The position numbers and the translations under genes are program-made. Positions 32,228-46,006 of a stretch of DNA of 64,000 nt are shown here, piece by piece. The notes beneath the pieces were generated by a model that saw only the letters and a program-made list of their open reading frames with translations, was not told where the DNA came from and did no database searches. The stretch spans positions 372,001 to 436,000 of the forward strand of contig JBEUKZ010000054.1 in the NCBI GenBank assembly GCA_048128005.1. The letters are read 5' to 3'. This DNA is from Veleropilina oligotropha. Its lineage: Eukaryota. The stretch's first letter is position 1; the number at the start of each line of letters is the position of its first letter.

Positions 32228-32490
32228 GGACCGCTTCGACAGTACAGTGGTACGGTTGTGGATTCCGAAATCAATGACTTGATTCCGCTGACGCGAACAG
32301 TAGTGGGTTCGACCCCCGGCTGAGGCATCACACATTTGTTCAAGTCATGAATCACAGTTGTCCGTGACTGGTCGAAGAGGGCGGTTTTACCCGGGCGACT
32401 GGGCTTTCCTCCCGCGATAATACGTACATGTCCTGGTTTGAACCAAATGATGGTTGTAAATATACAGGACATTAAAAGAATCGATCCTTT
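32228..32490 (+). mobile_element. tRNA-derived SINE (family 1)
   Basis: Reverse-complement homologue of 1531-1795; B-box-like GGTTCGACCC. Confidence 0.8.
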
Positions 32491-32492
32491 CC

Positions 32493-32654
32493 TTTTTGTC
32501 TCGCCCCGAAGGGAAAGCGAGACTTAGGGATTACATTTTCCGTCGGCGTCTGCGTCGTGTCATTTTCGGTTAAAATTTTTCATTGAATGGAATTTTATGA
32601 TACATTGATATATATATTTAAAGGGCGAGACATATCGGACCGTGGTACTTGTTA
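32493..32654 (+). mobile_element. Short HINE-like element
   Basis: Perfect subterminal IR TGTCTCGCCC/GGGCGAGACA, 5' hairpin, CTTGTT end. Confidence 0.6.
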
Positions 32655-32795
32655 TTTGCAAATATTGTGAAATACTGGAATAATTTTGATAAATAATCAC
32701 TGTGTAATTCCATTTGTTTGTTGTGATGCCATGAATGTTGGTCCCTGCAGTTGTGTAGTTATTTCATATCTTCATCTCCCTCTTTCCTCCTGTAG

Positions 32796-32854
32796 GTATA
32801 TGAAGCATCTGCAGCATTACAGTCTGCTAGACGCGCCACCCGACCTTCTCGGCG
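32796..32854 (+). CDS. TPR + 2TM protein exon
   Basis: MYMKHLQHYSLLDAPPDLLG, phase 2/1, strong pyrimidine tract, GTAAG donor. Confidence 0.8.
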
Positions 32855-34029
32855 GTAAGACGTCATACTCTTACTGTTTACTTCATACCATTATTGATCA
32901 GTTGTCAGTTGCATCCATAGTCAGATCTAATCACCTCTCAATGTGAATTTTACGAAACCATTGTTAAATTCTTTTTATCACTGTTTGACATTACAGGTAT
33001 TTTAATCCTGCAATTCGTTAATCAAAATTGTAGTATTGAGCTCCGTCTCGAAGTCATTTGACGTATACTTGACATGTACTATAAGTATAGGTTATACCAC
33101 GAGGTTTGGTTGTCTAATCGAAAAAGCCTGCAGTTAATCAACGATGCACGAAGCGCCAGGCATTTCCGATTAGATAACACAAACCGAGTGATATAACAGA
33201 CTTAAACCATTGCAAAGTGTAAAATAATTTAAAATATGTGATTTTAATAACCTAATACACCCATTTTTAGTGTAAGAAAGTAGTCCCCATGGTCTAACTG
33301 ACATTATGGCCAGATAGACCACGGGACAAGACAAGAGAATGACGTCATAAAAATGGTTTAATATTAGTTATAGTTTATACTGCGCTTACTGCTAAACTAG
33401 AATAGGGTCATTATAAATGTATTAAATAATAATAATAATAATGTGACTCCAGTCATCATCTATATCAGTTCAAAGTAAATGTTGAGAAATTTGATAAAAA
33501 AATTGATGCCTTTTATTTGGTGATATCAGTTTTTAGTGTTGTTCTGTCAGGTTATACAAAAATCAAGATAATTTGTTGATGGGTAACTTTGGTTTTAGCA
33601 TCATGCAGTACACGGTGTGCCATGACATCGCTTATGAATATATTTAATCATCATCCAATCACTCGAGATCAGCAGTGATTGTATTTCCTCCTTGCATTGT
33701 TTCATTTCTTATAAGAGAGAACACAATGACCGATATCCCCTCTTGATCGGAAAACAACTTATAATGACTAACATCATAAAACCCATCATCAACTTCTAGT
33801 CAATCGGTGTGGCGAAATTATAGTCATGTAACAAATAAAATTGTTCATGCAGAATTTAAAACCAATACAGGACTTGTCATTAAGAAAGAATGAATGCAAT
33901 GATATTAACATGGAAAATTAAGCATGGACTCAATTTAATCCAGAACCTAACAATGAAACTAGTACTAACTTACATGTGTACATAAAAAATTAATTATAAT
34001 GTTATCACTTTTTTCATTTTAAATTTCAG

Positions 34030-34157
34030 AAATTTCTGACAATAAGAATGAACAACATAAAGAAAACGTAGAAGTAAATTTAAAATCAACAGAGAGGCAT
34101 CGGAAAAAGGGAGGCAGCAGCACAGCCAAGCAACGATACAAAATGGGAAAGACGTGA
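34030..34157 (+). CDS. TPR + 2TM protein last exon
   Basis: EISDNKNEQHKENVEVNLKSTERHRKKGGSSTAKQRYKMGKT*, phase-1 TTTCAG acceptor. Confidence 0.78.
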
Positions 34158-35340
34158 CCAATCAACGCACAGATGTCTGAAGCAATTTGATTGGTTAATG
34201 TAATGGACCAATGTCCTCATTGTGCAATTCTACTGTCTGCACTGTGCAATGCCAGGAGGTTAGAACAGACTTTATGTGCCGGATTGTGCTTTATAATCAA
34301 GTCGAACAGAGTAATAATGAATTTGTGACCAAATACAAATTGTGTGAATTTATACTTCTATGCATAATATGCAAGATATTTTATTTCAATTTTATGTTTC
34401 CATTGAATTTGTTCATGATTATTGTTTTGTAAGTAATATATGAATTTTAAAAAATATAATTGTTGTACTTTTGTCAGTGTTAATCTGCCTTTTAGATGGA
34501 ATAGTTCCACTGCAATTTATCTCCTTGGTTACTTTGTTCATCTATCTGTAATATTGTAACAAATTACAAATCTTGATTGATTTCTACGAAATTTGTCATA
34601 TCGATTTATCATTAGTCATTCTGACAGCAGAAGATAAGAGTTTGGCTCTCATTTCCCTCTCTTGATTGTGGTCTTTAAAAGGAGCATGTTTGATTTCTTG
34701 GCTAAGCAATTGGTACAATGAACAGCCATATTTTTCCACAACACTGTATGACGGACGATCCATTGTAGTCATTACAGCATACCACATCGTGGTTTTAATG
34801 TAATTGACAAATACTTCGTCGATGGCCGAGTGTGAATTTGTTCATACCGACTGCACTGGTCAAGATGGATTGATGACTTTCAAGGCCAACAGGTAATGTA
34901 CCATTGGTCCATAGCTGCTTAGTAGGTCGTCAGTTTGATTAGCCCCTACTTTCCGACATTGAAATACCCTTTTAGACACGAATTTAAACCCATCTTGTGT
35001 AAAACGTTCAAGTAAATCAGACCAAAAATTGTTGAGATTACTTGCCAACAAACAGAGCAAATACAATACCCTCGCAAAACGGTAACAACAGTCACATATG
35101 CTATGCCAGTCAAAGAAATGCCCATAAAAGTCGACACCGGAACATGCAGGTGATGTTGAAGTTGGTTTGTGTGGATTCTTAATGTACCAGGTTTTATTTA
35201 GCAACTACGAAGTGATATAGAAGATCAAACCAAGAGGTGCAACTCAGCCGAAACTAGATCTAGCAACTTTGTGTGGCACCCACATGAAAGACTTCATGAA
35301 TCATCCATGGCAAAATAGATATGATCCATGATAGAGCTGT

Positions 35341-35442
35341 TCATTGCCCTCCATTATCATTGCCCTCCATTATAATTGCCCTCCATTATCATTGCCCTCC
35401 ATTATAATTGCCCTCCATTATAATTGCCCTCCATTATCATTG
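35341..35442. repeat. 16-bp tandem repeat, about 6 copies
   Basis: T(C/A)ATTGCCCTCCATTA repeated. Confidence 0.9.
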
Positions 35443-35597
35443 AAATGGTCATTAATCATTCAACCGATGGTTACAGCAGCAGTATGAATGAGGTGAAGGT
35501 GATGAAAAAGATGATGTTTGATGAACCCAAGACCAGAAATCTCAGCAACGGACAGGTTAACACGATGGTAACATAATCTCGGCCTGTCTTTACCACA

Positions 35598-38500
35598 ACA
35601 GCCGGGGGTGAATGCAGTCCTCTCACAGCAGCCATGGGTGAACACAGCCCTCTCACAGCAGTCAGTGGTGAATACAGCCCTCTCACAGCAGTCAGGGGTG
35701 AACACAGCTCTCTCACTGCCGCCAGGGGTGAACACAGTCCTCTCACAGCAGTCAGTGGTGAATACAGCCCTCTCACAGCAGTCAGGGGTGAACGCAGCTC
35801 TCTCACTGCCGCCAGGGGTGGACACGGTCCTCTCACAGCAGCCAGGGGTGAACACAGCCCTCTCACAGCAGCCAGGGGTGAATGCAGCCCTTTCACAGCA
35901 GCCAGGGGTGAATGCAGCCCTCTCACAGCAGCCAGGGGTGAATACAGTCCTCTCACAGCAGCCAGGGGTGAACGCAGCCCTCTCACAGCAGCCAGTGGTG
36001 AACGCAGACCTCTCACAGCAGCCAGGGGTGAAGACAGTCCTCTCACAGCAGCCAGGGGTGAACGTAGCCCTCTCACAGCAGCCAGGGGTGAATGCAGCCC
36101 TCTCACATCAGCCAGTGGTGAACACAGCCCTCTCACAGCAGCCAACCCTATCACATCAGCCAGTGGTGACCACAGCCCTCTCACAGCAGCCAGGGGTGAA
36201 CGTAGCCCTCTCACATCAGCCAGTAGTGAACGTAGCCCTCTCACATCAGCCAGTGGTGAACACAGCCCTCTCACAGCAGCCAGGGGTGAACACAGTCCTC
36301 TCACAGCAGCCAGGGGTGAACGTAGCCCTCTCACATCAGCCAGGGGTGAATACAGCCCTCTCACAGCAGCCAGGGGTGGTCGCAGTCCTCTCACAGCAGG
36401 GGTGAACGCAGCACTCTCACAGCAGGGGTGAATGCAGCCCTCTCACAGCCTGGGGTGAACGCAGTCCTCTCACAGTCAGGGGTGAACGCAGCCCTCTCAC
36501 AGCCAGGGGTGAACGCAGCCCTCTCACAGCAGCCAGGGGTGAACACAGTCCTCTCACAGCAGCCAGGGGTGAACACAGCCCTCTCACATCAGCCAGGGGT
36601 GAATACAGCCCTCTCACAGCAGCCAGGGGTGAACGCAGCCTTCTCACAGCAGCCAGGGGTGAACGCAGTACTCTCACAGCAGCCAGGGGTGAACGCAGCC
36701 CTCTCACAGCAGCCATTGGTGAACGCAGCCCTCTCACAGCAGCCAGTCGTGAACGCAGCCCTCTCACAGCAGCCAGGGGTGGACGCAGCCTTATCACAGC
36801 AGCCAGTGGTGAACGCAGCCCTGTCACAGCAGCCAGTGGTGAACGCAGCCCTCTCACAGCAGCCAGTGGTGAACGCAGCCCTCTCACAGCAGCCAGGGGT
36901 GAACACAGCCCTCTCGCAGCAGCCAGGGGTGAACACAGTTCTCTCACAGCAGCCCTCTCTCAGCAGCCAGGGGTGAACACAGTTCTCTCACCGCAGCCAG
37001 AGGTGAATGCCCTCTCACAGCAGCCATGGGTGAACACAGTCCTCTCACAGCAGCCAGGGGTGAACACAGTCCTCTCACAGCAGCCAGGGGTAAACGTAGC
37101 CCTCTCACAGCAGCCAGGGGTGAACACAGCCCTCTCTCAGCAGCCAGGGGTGAACACAGTTCTCTCACAGCTGCCAGGGGTGAACAAAATCCTCTCTCAG
37201 CAGCCAGTGGTGAACACAGCCCTCTCACAGCAGCCAGGGGTGAACGTAGCCCTCTCACATCAGCCAGTGGTGAACACAGCCCTCTCACAGCAGCCAGGGG
37301 TGAACACAGTCCTCTCACAGCAGCCAGGGGTGAACGTAGCCCTCTCACAGCAGCCAGGGGTGAATGCAGCCCTCTCACATCAGCCAGTGGTGAACACAGC
37401 CCTCTCACATCAGCCAGGGGTGAATACCGCCCTCTCACACAGAAGCCAGGGGTGAACACAGCCCTCTCACAGCAGCCAGGGGTGAACACAGCCCTCTCAC
37501 AGCAGCCAGGGGTGAACGTAGCCCTCTCACATCAGCCAGTGGTGAACACAGTCCTCTCACAGCAGCCAGGGGTGGACGTAGCCCTCTCACAGCAGCCAGG
37601 GGTGAATGCAGCCAATGGTGAACACAGGCCTCTCACAGCACACAGGGGTGCACACAGCCCTCTCACATCAGCCAGGGGTGAATACAGCCCTCTCACAGCA
37701 GCCAGGGGTGAACGCAGCCTTCTCACAGCAGCCAGGGGTGAACACAGTACTCTCACAGCAGCCAGGGGTGAACGCAGCCCTCTCACAGCAGCCAGGGGTG
37801 AACGCAGCCCTCTCACAGCAGCCAGTGGTGAACACAGCCCTCTCACAGCAGCCAGGGGTGGACGCAGTCCTCTCACAGCAGGGGTGAACGCAGCACTCTC
37901 ACAGCAGGGGTGAACGCAGTCCTCTCACAGTCAGGGGTGAACCCAGCCCTCTCACAGCAAGGGTGAACGCAGCCCTCTCACAGCCTGGGGTGAACGCAGT
38001 CCTCTCACAGTCAGGGGTGAACGCAGCCCTCTCACAGCAGCCATGGGTGAACGCAGCCCTATCAGAGCAGCCAGTGGTGAACGCAGCCATCTCACAGCAG
38101 CCAGTGGTGAACGCAGCCCTCTCACAGCAGCCAGTGGTGAACACAGTCCTCTCACAGCAGCCAGGGGTGAACGCAGCCCACTCACAGCAGCCAGGGGTGA
38201 ATGCAGCCCTCTCACAGCAGCCAGGGGTGAACGCAGCCCTCTCCCAGCATCCAGGGGTGAACGCAGTCCTCTCACAGCAGCCAGGGGTGAACACAGCCCT
38301 CTCTCAGCAGCCAGGGGTGAACACAGTTCTCTCACAGCAGCCAGGGGTGAACACAGCCCTCTCTCAGCAGCCAGGGGTGAACACAGTTCTCTCACAGCAG
38401 CCAGGGGTGAACACAGCCCTCTCTCAGCCGCCAGGGGTGAACACAGCCCTCTCTCAGCAGCCAGGGGTGAACACAGTTCTCTCACAGCAGCCATGGGTGA

Positions 38501-41500
38501 ACACAGCCCTCTCACAGCAGCCAGGGGTGAACGCAGCCCTCTCACAGCCTGGGGTGAACGCAGTCCTCTCACAGTCAGGGGTGAACGCAGCCCTCTCACA
38601 GCAGCCATGGGCGATCACAGCAGCCAGTGGTGAACGCAGCCATCTCACAGCAGCCGTTGGTGAACGCAGCCCTCTCACAGCAGCCAGTGGTGAACGCAGC
38701 CCTCTCACAGCAGCCAGGGGTGGACGCAGCCCTATCACAGCAGCCAGTGGTGAACGCAGCCCTCTCACAGCAGCCAGTGGTGAACGCAGCCCTCTCACAG
38801 CAGCCAGTGGTGAACGCAGCCCTCTCACAGCAGTCAGGGGTGAACACAGCCCTCTCGCAGCAGCCAGGGGTGAACACAGTTCTCTCACAGCAGCCCTCTC
38901 TCAGCAGCCAGGGGTGAACACAGTTCTCTCACAGCAGCCAGAGGTGAATGCCCTCTCACAGCAGCCATGGGTGAACACAGTCCTCTCACAGCAGCCAGGG
39001 GTGAACAGTCCTCTCACAGCAGCCAGGGGTGAACACAGTCCTCTCACAGCAGCCACGGGTGAACGTAGCCCTCTCACAGCAGCCAGGGGTGAACACAGCC
39101 CTCTCTCAGCAGCCAGGGGTGAACACAGTTCTCTCACAGCAGGGGTGAACACAGCCCTCTCACAGCAGCAAGGGGTGAACACAGCCCTCTCACAGCAGGG
39201 GTGAACGCATCCCTCTCACAGCAGGGGTGAACGCAGTCCTCTCACAGCAGAGCAGCCAGTGGTGAACACAGCCCTCTCACAGCAGGTGTGAACGCAGCCC
39301 TCTCACAGCAGGGGTGAACGCAGCCCTCTCACAGCAGCCAGGGATGAACACAGCCCTCTCACAGCAGGGGTGAACGCAGCCCTCTCACAGCAGCCAGGGG
39401 TGAACACAGCCCTCTCACAGCAGAGCAGCCAGTGGTGAACGCAGCCCCCCTCACAGCAGCCAGTGGTGAACACAACCCTCTCACAGCTGAATGCAGAGCA
39501 ACTATGGGAGAATGCAGCCCTCTCACAGCATCCAGGGTTGAACACGTACAGCCGAATACAGAGCAGCCAGGGGTGAACGCAGCCCTCTCACAGCAGCCCT
39601 CTCACAGCAGCCAGGGGTGAACGCAGCGCTCTCACAGAGCAGCCAGGGGTGAACACAGCCCTCTCACAGAGCAGCCAGGGGTGAACACAGCCCTCTCACA
39701 GTAGCCAGGGGTGAACGCAGCCCTCTCACAGCAGCCAGGGGTGAACACAGCCCTCTCACAGCAGCCAGGGGTGAACACAGCCCTCTCACAGCAGCCAGGG
39801 GTGAACACAGCCCTCTAACAGCAGCCAGGGGTGAACGTAGCCCTCTCACAGCAGCCAGGGGTGAACACAGCCCTCTCACAGAGCAGCCAGGGGTGAACGC
39901 AGCCCTCTCACAGAGCAGCCAGTGGTGAACGTAGCCCTCTCACAGAGCAGCCAGGGGTGAACGCAGCCCTCTCACAGCAGCCAGTGGTGAACGTAGCCCT
40001 CTCACAGAGCAGCCAGGGGTGAACACAGCCCTCTCACAGCAGCCAGGGGTGAACGTAGCCCTCTCACAGAGCAGCCAGGGGTGAACGCAGTCCTCTCACA
40101 GCAGCCAGGGGTGAACGTAGCCCTCTCACAGAGCAGCCAGTAGTGAACGTAGCCCTCTCACAGCTGAGTTCAGAGCAGCCAGGGGTGAACACAGAGCAGC
40201 CAGTGGTGAACACAGCCCTCTCACAGAGCAGCCAGGGGTGAACGTAGCCCTCTCACAGAGCAGCCAGGTGTGAACACAGCCCTCTCACAGAGCAGCCAGG
40301 TGTGAACGCAGCCCTCTCACAGAGCAGCCAGGGGTGAACGCAGCCCTCTCACAGAGCAGCCAGGGGTGAACACAGCCCTCTCACAGCAGCCAGGGGTGAA
40401 CACAGCCCTCTCACAGAGCAGCCAGGGGTGAACGCAGCCCTCTCACAGAGCAGCCAGGGGTGAACGCAGCCCTCTCACAGCAGTCAGGGGTGAACACAGC
40501 CCTCTCACAGCAGCCAGGGGTGAACACAGCCCTCTCACAGCAGCCAGGGGTGAACGTAGCCCTCTCACAGCAGCCAGGGGTGAACACAGCCCTCTCACAG
40601 CAGCCAGGGGTGAACACAGCCCTCTCACAGAGCAGCCAGGGGTGAACACAGCCCTCTCACAGAGCAGCCAGGGGTGAACGTAGCCCTCTCACAGAGCAGC
40701 CAGGTGTGAACACAGCCCTCTCACAGCTGAATGCAGAGCAGCCAGGGGTGAACGCAGCCCTCTCACAGCAGCCAGGGGTGAACACAGCCCTCTCACAGCA
40801 GGGGTGAACACAGCCCTCTCACAGCTGAATGCAGAGCAGCCAGTGGTGAACGTAGCCCTCTCACAGAGCAGCCAGGGGTGAACGCAGCCCTCTCACAGCA
40901 GCCAGTGGTGAACGTAGCCCTCTCACAGAGCAGCCAGTGGTGAACACAGCCCTCTCACAGCAGCCAAGGGTGAACGTAGCCCTCTCACAGAGCAGCCAGG
41001 GGTGAACGCAGTCCTCTCACAGCAGCCAGGGGTGAACGTAGCCCTCTCACAGAGCAGCCAGGGGTGAACACAGCCCTCTCACAGAGCAGCCAGGGGTGAA
41101 CGCAGTCCTCTCACAGCAGCCAGGGGTGAACGTAGCCCTCTCACAGCAGCCAGGGGTGAACGCAGCGCTCTCACAGCTGAGTTCAGAGCAGCCAGGGGTG
41201 AACACAGACCTCTCACAGAGCAGCCAGTGGTGAACACAGCCTTCTCACAGAGCAGCCAGGGGTGAACACAGCCCTCTCACAGAGCAGCCAGTGGTGAACA
41301 CAGCCCTCTCACAGAGCAGCCAGTGGTGAACACAGCCCTCTCACAGAGCAGCCAGTGGTGAACACAGCCCTCTCACAGAGCAGCCAGGGGTGAACACAGC
41401 CCTCTCACAGAGCAGCCAGGGGTGAACGCAGTCCTCTCACAGCAGCCAGGGGTGAACGTAGCCCTCTCACAGAGCAGCCAGTGGTGAACGCAGCCCTCTC

Positions 41501-43665
41501 ACAGCAGCCAGGGGTGAACGTAGCCCTCTCACAGCTGAGTTCAGAGCAGCCAGGGGTGAACACAGCCCTCTCACAGAGCAGCCAGTGGTGAACGTAGCCC
41601 TCTCACAGCAGCCAGTGGTGAACGTAGCCCTCTCACAGCTGAGTTCAGAGCAGCCAGGGGTGAACACAGCCCTCTCACAGAGCAGCCAGTGGTGAACACA
41701 GCCCTCTCACAGAGCAGCCAGGGGTGAACGTAGCCCTCTCACAGAGCAGCCAGGTGTGAACACAGCCCTCTCACAGAGCAGCCAGGGGTGAACGCAGCCC
41801 TCTCACAGAGCAGCCAGGGGTGAACGTAGCCCTCTCACAGCTGAGTTCAGAGCAGCCAGGGGTGAACACAGCCCTCTCACAGAGCAGCCAGTGGTGAACA
41901 CAGCCCTCTCACAGAGCAGCCAGGGGTGAACGTAGCCCTCTCACAGAGCAGCCAGGTGTGAACACAGCCCTATCACAGAGCAGCCAGGTGTGAACGCAGC
42001 CCTCTCACAGAGCAGCCAGGGGTGAACACAGCCCTCTCACAGCAGCCAGGTGTGAACGCAGCCCTCTCACAGCTGAATGCAGAGCAGCCAGGGGTGAACG
42101 CAGCCCTCTCACAGAGCAGCCAGTGGTGAACGTAGCCCTCTCACAGAGCAGCCAGGGGTGAACGCAGCCCTCTCACAGAGCAGCCAGGGGTGATCACAGC
42201 CCTCTCACAGAGCAGCCAGGGGTGAACGCAGCCCTCTCACAGCAGCCAGTGGTGAACGTAGCCCTCTCACAGAGCAGCCAGGGGTGAACACAGCCCTCTC
42301 ACAGCAGCCAGGGGTGAACGTAGCCCTCTCACAGCAGCCAGGGGTGAACGTAGCCCTCTCACAGAGCAGCCAGTGGTGAACGTAGCCCTCTCACAGAGCA
42401 GCCAGGGGTGAACACAGCCCTCTCACAGAGCAGCCAGGGGTGAACGCAGTCCTCTCACAGCAGCCAGGGGTGAACGTAGCCCTCTCACAGCTGAGTTCAG
42501 AGCAGCCAGGGGTGAACGCAGTCCTCTCACAGCAGCCAGGGGTGAACGTAGCCCTCTCACAGAGCAGCCAGTGGTGAACGTAGCCCTCTCACAGAGCAGC
42601 CAGGGGTGAACACAGCCCTCTCACAGAGCAGCCAGGGGTGAACGTAGCCCTCTCACAGAGCAGCCAGGTGTTAACACAGCCCTCTCACAGAGCAGCCAGG
42701 TGTGAACGCAGCCCTCTCACAGAGCAGCCAGGGGTGAACGCAGCCCTCTCACAGAGCAGCCAGGGGTGAACACAGCCCTCTCACATCAGCCAGGGGTGAA
42801 CACAGCCCTCTCACAGAGCAGCCAGGGGTGAACGCAGCCCTCTCACAGAGCAGCCAGGGGTGAACGCAGCCCTCTCACAGCAGTCAGGGGTGAACACAGC
42901 CCTCTCACAGCAGCCAGGGGTGAACACAGCCCTCTCACAGCAGCCAGGGGTGAACGTAGCCCTCTCACAGCAGCCAGGGGTGAACACAGCCCTCTCACAG
43001 CAGCCAGGGGTGAACACAGCCCTCTCACAGAGCAGCCAGGGGTGAACACAGCCCTCTCACAGAGCAGCCAGGGGTGAACGTAGCCCTCTCACAGCAGCCA
43101 GGGGTGAACACAGCCCTCTCACAGAGCAGCCAGGGATGAACGCAGCCCTCTCACAGAGCAGCCAGGGGTGAACGCAGCCCTCTCACAGAGCAGCCAGGGG
43201 TGAACGCAGCCCTCTCACAGCAGCCAGGGGTGAACGCAGCCCTCTCACAGCAGCCAGGGGTGAACGCAGCCCTCTCACAGCAGCCAGGGGTGAACGCAGC
43301 CCTCTCACAGAGCAGCCAGGGGTGAACACAGCCCTCTCACAGCAGCCAGGGGTGAACGCAGCCCTCTCACAGCAGCCAGGGGTGAACGCAGCCCTCTCAC
43401 AGCAGCCAGGTGTGAACACAGCCCTCTCACAGCAGCCAGGTGTGAACACAGCCCTCTCACAGCAGCCAGGGGTGAACACAGCCCTCTCACAGCAGCCAGG
43501 GGTGAACGCAGCCCTCTCACAGCTGAATGCAGAGCAGCCAGGGGTGAACACAGTACTCTCACAGCAGCCAGGGGTGAACACAACCCTCTCACAGCAGCCA
43601 GGGGTGAACACAACCCTCTCACAGCAGCCAGGGGTGAACGCAGCCCTCTCACAGCTGAATGCAGA
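35598..43665. repeat. 8-kb GC-rich minisatellite, 30-bp core with 26/27/32/42-bp variants
   Basis: Unit CAGCAGCCAGGGGTGAAC(A/G)CAGCCCTCTCA repeated throughout. Confidence 0.97.
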
Positions 43666-45386
43666 ATTCACTACATTACGTCATGTAATAATGCCATGGA
43701 CTTTCACTACATTATACGTCATGTAATAATGTCATGGACATTCAATACATATACATCATCATGTAATAATGTCATGGACATTCACTACATGTACAAGCAA
43801 ACACTAACAGAAATTGAATGCTGTAGTTCCACATGGCAATTTTCCATAATTCAAAAAGAGCATAACTGAGATTTTAACGGTCGATCATGCCGATTATAGT
43901 ATATAATAGATTTTATTTTCACTAACATTTTCATCAATTTTGGTGAAGATTGGATCAAAAGACGGGACAATCTCTACCAGATCACCTGTTAACATCTAAA
44001 GGCAACTCATATGTTTACTATTAGTGCAGTACCCATAATACTAGTTTAGGAATACACGCTTATTTAATTCCAAAATTGACCAGAGGACATTTGGATAGAG
44101 TGGTGCAAACATTATTCAAGGTCAATATCCAATATTGTTACATGACTTGGTATTTTCGCCCCTTCTCAATGGCTAAAAGTCCATCACGTGACATTGGTTA
44201 TGACGAGTTCGTGTTGCGTCAGGTCAATATAACGAATCCGTTTACCTGTTGTATTCTGATTGGCCAGAAGACTGTCACATGATCGCTCGCCAGGTCAATA
44301 TAACAAATCCGTTGACTTGTTCCGCTCCCATTGGCTAAAAGGTGAATCCGTTGATTTGTTCTGCTCTTATAGTCTAGAAGCACATGTTATTTAATGCAGC
44401 CAGTGTATGTATACAGTAAACATGAGGGGAATGGTGATTAATTGACGTCATATAACAATATAATTATTGACTGTTATTTCGGTGAATATAATGATTTATC
44501 CACCTCGGAAAATGATATTCACCTTGGTGAATATCACATTCCTTGGTGGATAAATCATTATATTCACCAAAAAACAGTCAATAATTGTATACGGTAATAT
44601 TAAATAATTAAAATTATGAAAGTAAGAAAATATACATGAATAATAAATAAAATGTTTAATAATAATAATACATGTAATACTGATTTCTTTCTCATGTAAT
44701 TCAATATATTCATAAAGATTGCATGGGTGAGTAACCAACGCGCCAACAATTTATCACACATAAACATTCAATTGACTAAATGATGATATGAAGGGATGCT
44801 GTGTGCAATGGAGATAGCATTTAAATTATGACGAAAATAAAACCCTGCCACACAAGGGGAGTGAAAACATTCCTCAGTATTCCTGAACCTTTTGAGTGCT
44901 CAGGTAAATTTATACAATGCTTGTAATATGTTACTTAAAATAAAGTACAATACACTATGTAAGACATTTAGAAAACAGTCTTAGCATTGTGTGTTAGCAA
45001 TTAATTATGCTTCACCGCATTTCTATGACTATAATATGTCAGTGATGCTACACACTGTACGCCAAAGCCATGATCGAGGATGTGAGCACTCAAATGGTTA
45101 ATATTCATCAACAAGTAGCTATGTAGTTGTAATAATACTTAAACAATATCCACAGTTCTGTGAACTACCGGTAACAGCTTAGTACATCATTAACATCTAT
45201 CAATGGTAATACTGTAACTGTAAACGAATATAAATTAGAATACTTAAAATCCCATATTACAAATAAATTTACTTAAAATCCAATTATCAGTGTATTTGAT
45301 ATAAAAATTTAAAAGGACATTTCATGAGGACAAGGAGTGCACACAGCATCGACGAAGCGTATTGTTTGTTCCATAAGACTGTTTTA

Positions 45387-45532
45387 TCAAGATGGCTTTA
45401 ATTTTGATTCAATATCTTCTATCATGGATGCAATTCTGTCTTCTAGGATAGCAATATTTCTGTTATTTGTTACCACGATATCCCATGATGTAACATGGTC
45501 CAATCCGCACTCTGATTCTGCATCGTCAATCC
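45387..45532 (-). CDS. PMVK: Phosphomevalonate kinase, exon 4 (last)
   Basis: GIDDAESECGLDHVTSWDIVVTNN...KLKPS*; DDAESECGLD is the animal PMVK motif. Confidence 0.92.
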
Positions 45533-45638
45533 CTGAATAAACACAAATATATAACTATTAGCTTATATGCTTAATTCAATTTGAAACTTGACGAAGTCAT
45601 TATACATAATACAGCCTCAAACCTGTGCACCGTAAGTA

Positions 45639-45840
45639 TGGATGAATTGGTGTTTAACGACCACACCAACAGTATTTCAGTTATAAATCGGGTCAATCAA
45701 CTTTGAATGATGAGATGAAATGGTGCTGTGTGCAATGGAGGCAGCGATCATTGGAAAAATCCCTGGCACACTCGGGGCTTGAACCCGTGACCTCCTGTAT
45801 AGTAGACCAGCACCTTATCCACTCGGCCATGCCGCCCCCT
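45639..45840 (-). mobile_element. tRNA-derived SINE (family 2) in PMVK intron 3
   Basis: Minus-strand TGGCCGAGTGG A-box and GGTTCAAGCCC B-box; 11-bp TSD CACCGTAAGTA at 45628-45638 and 45841-45851. Confidence 0.85.
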
Positions 45841-46006
45841 CACCGTAAGTAATTAATTATAGGTAACATTGATTCATAATGTAAATAAATCAGATTAGCA
45901 GATGAGGGTGTTACATACATGAGAAAATATTTGTTTCCAAATTAAACTAGTGACATTTATAACCTTTAGAAATAAATGCTTATTATCGAGTCAGACTCTG
46001 ACTCGC

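Noticed and set aside
35460..43726. Dozens of repetitive ORFs (QQPGVNTALS, SPLAAVRGL, TPGCCERA)
   Set aside because: By-products of a 30-bp unit that is open on both strands; they break wherever non-triplet variants occur
45760..45840. Possible tRNA gene
   Set aside because: The tRNA-like head is part of a TSD-flanked SINE; no complete cloverleaf seen
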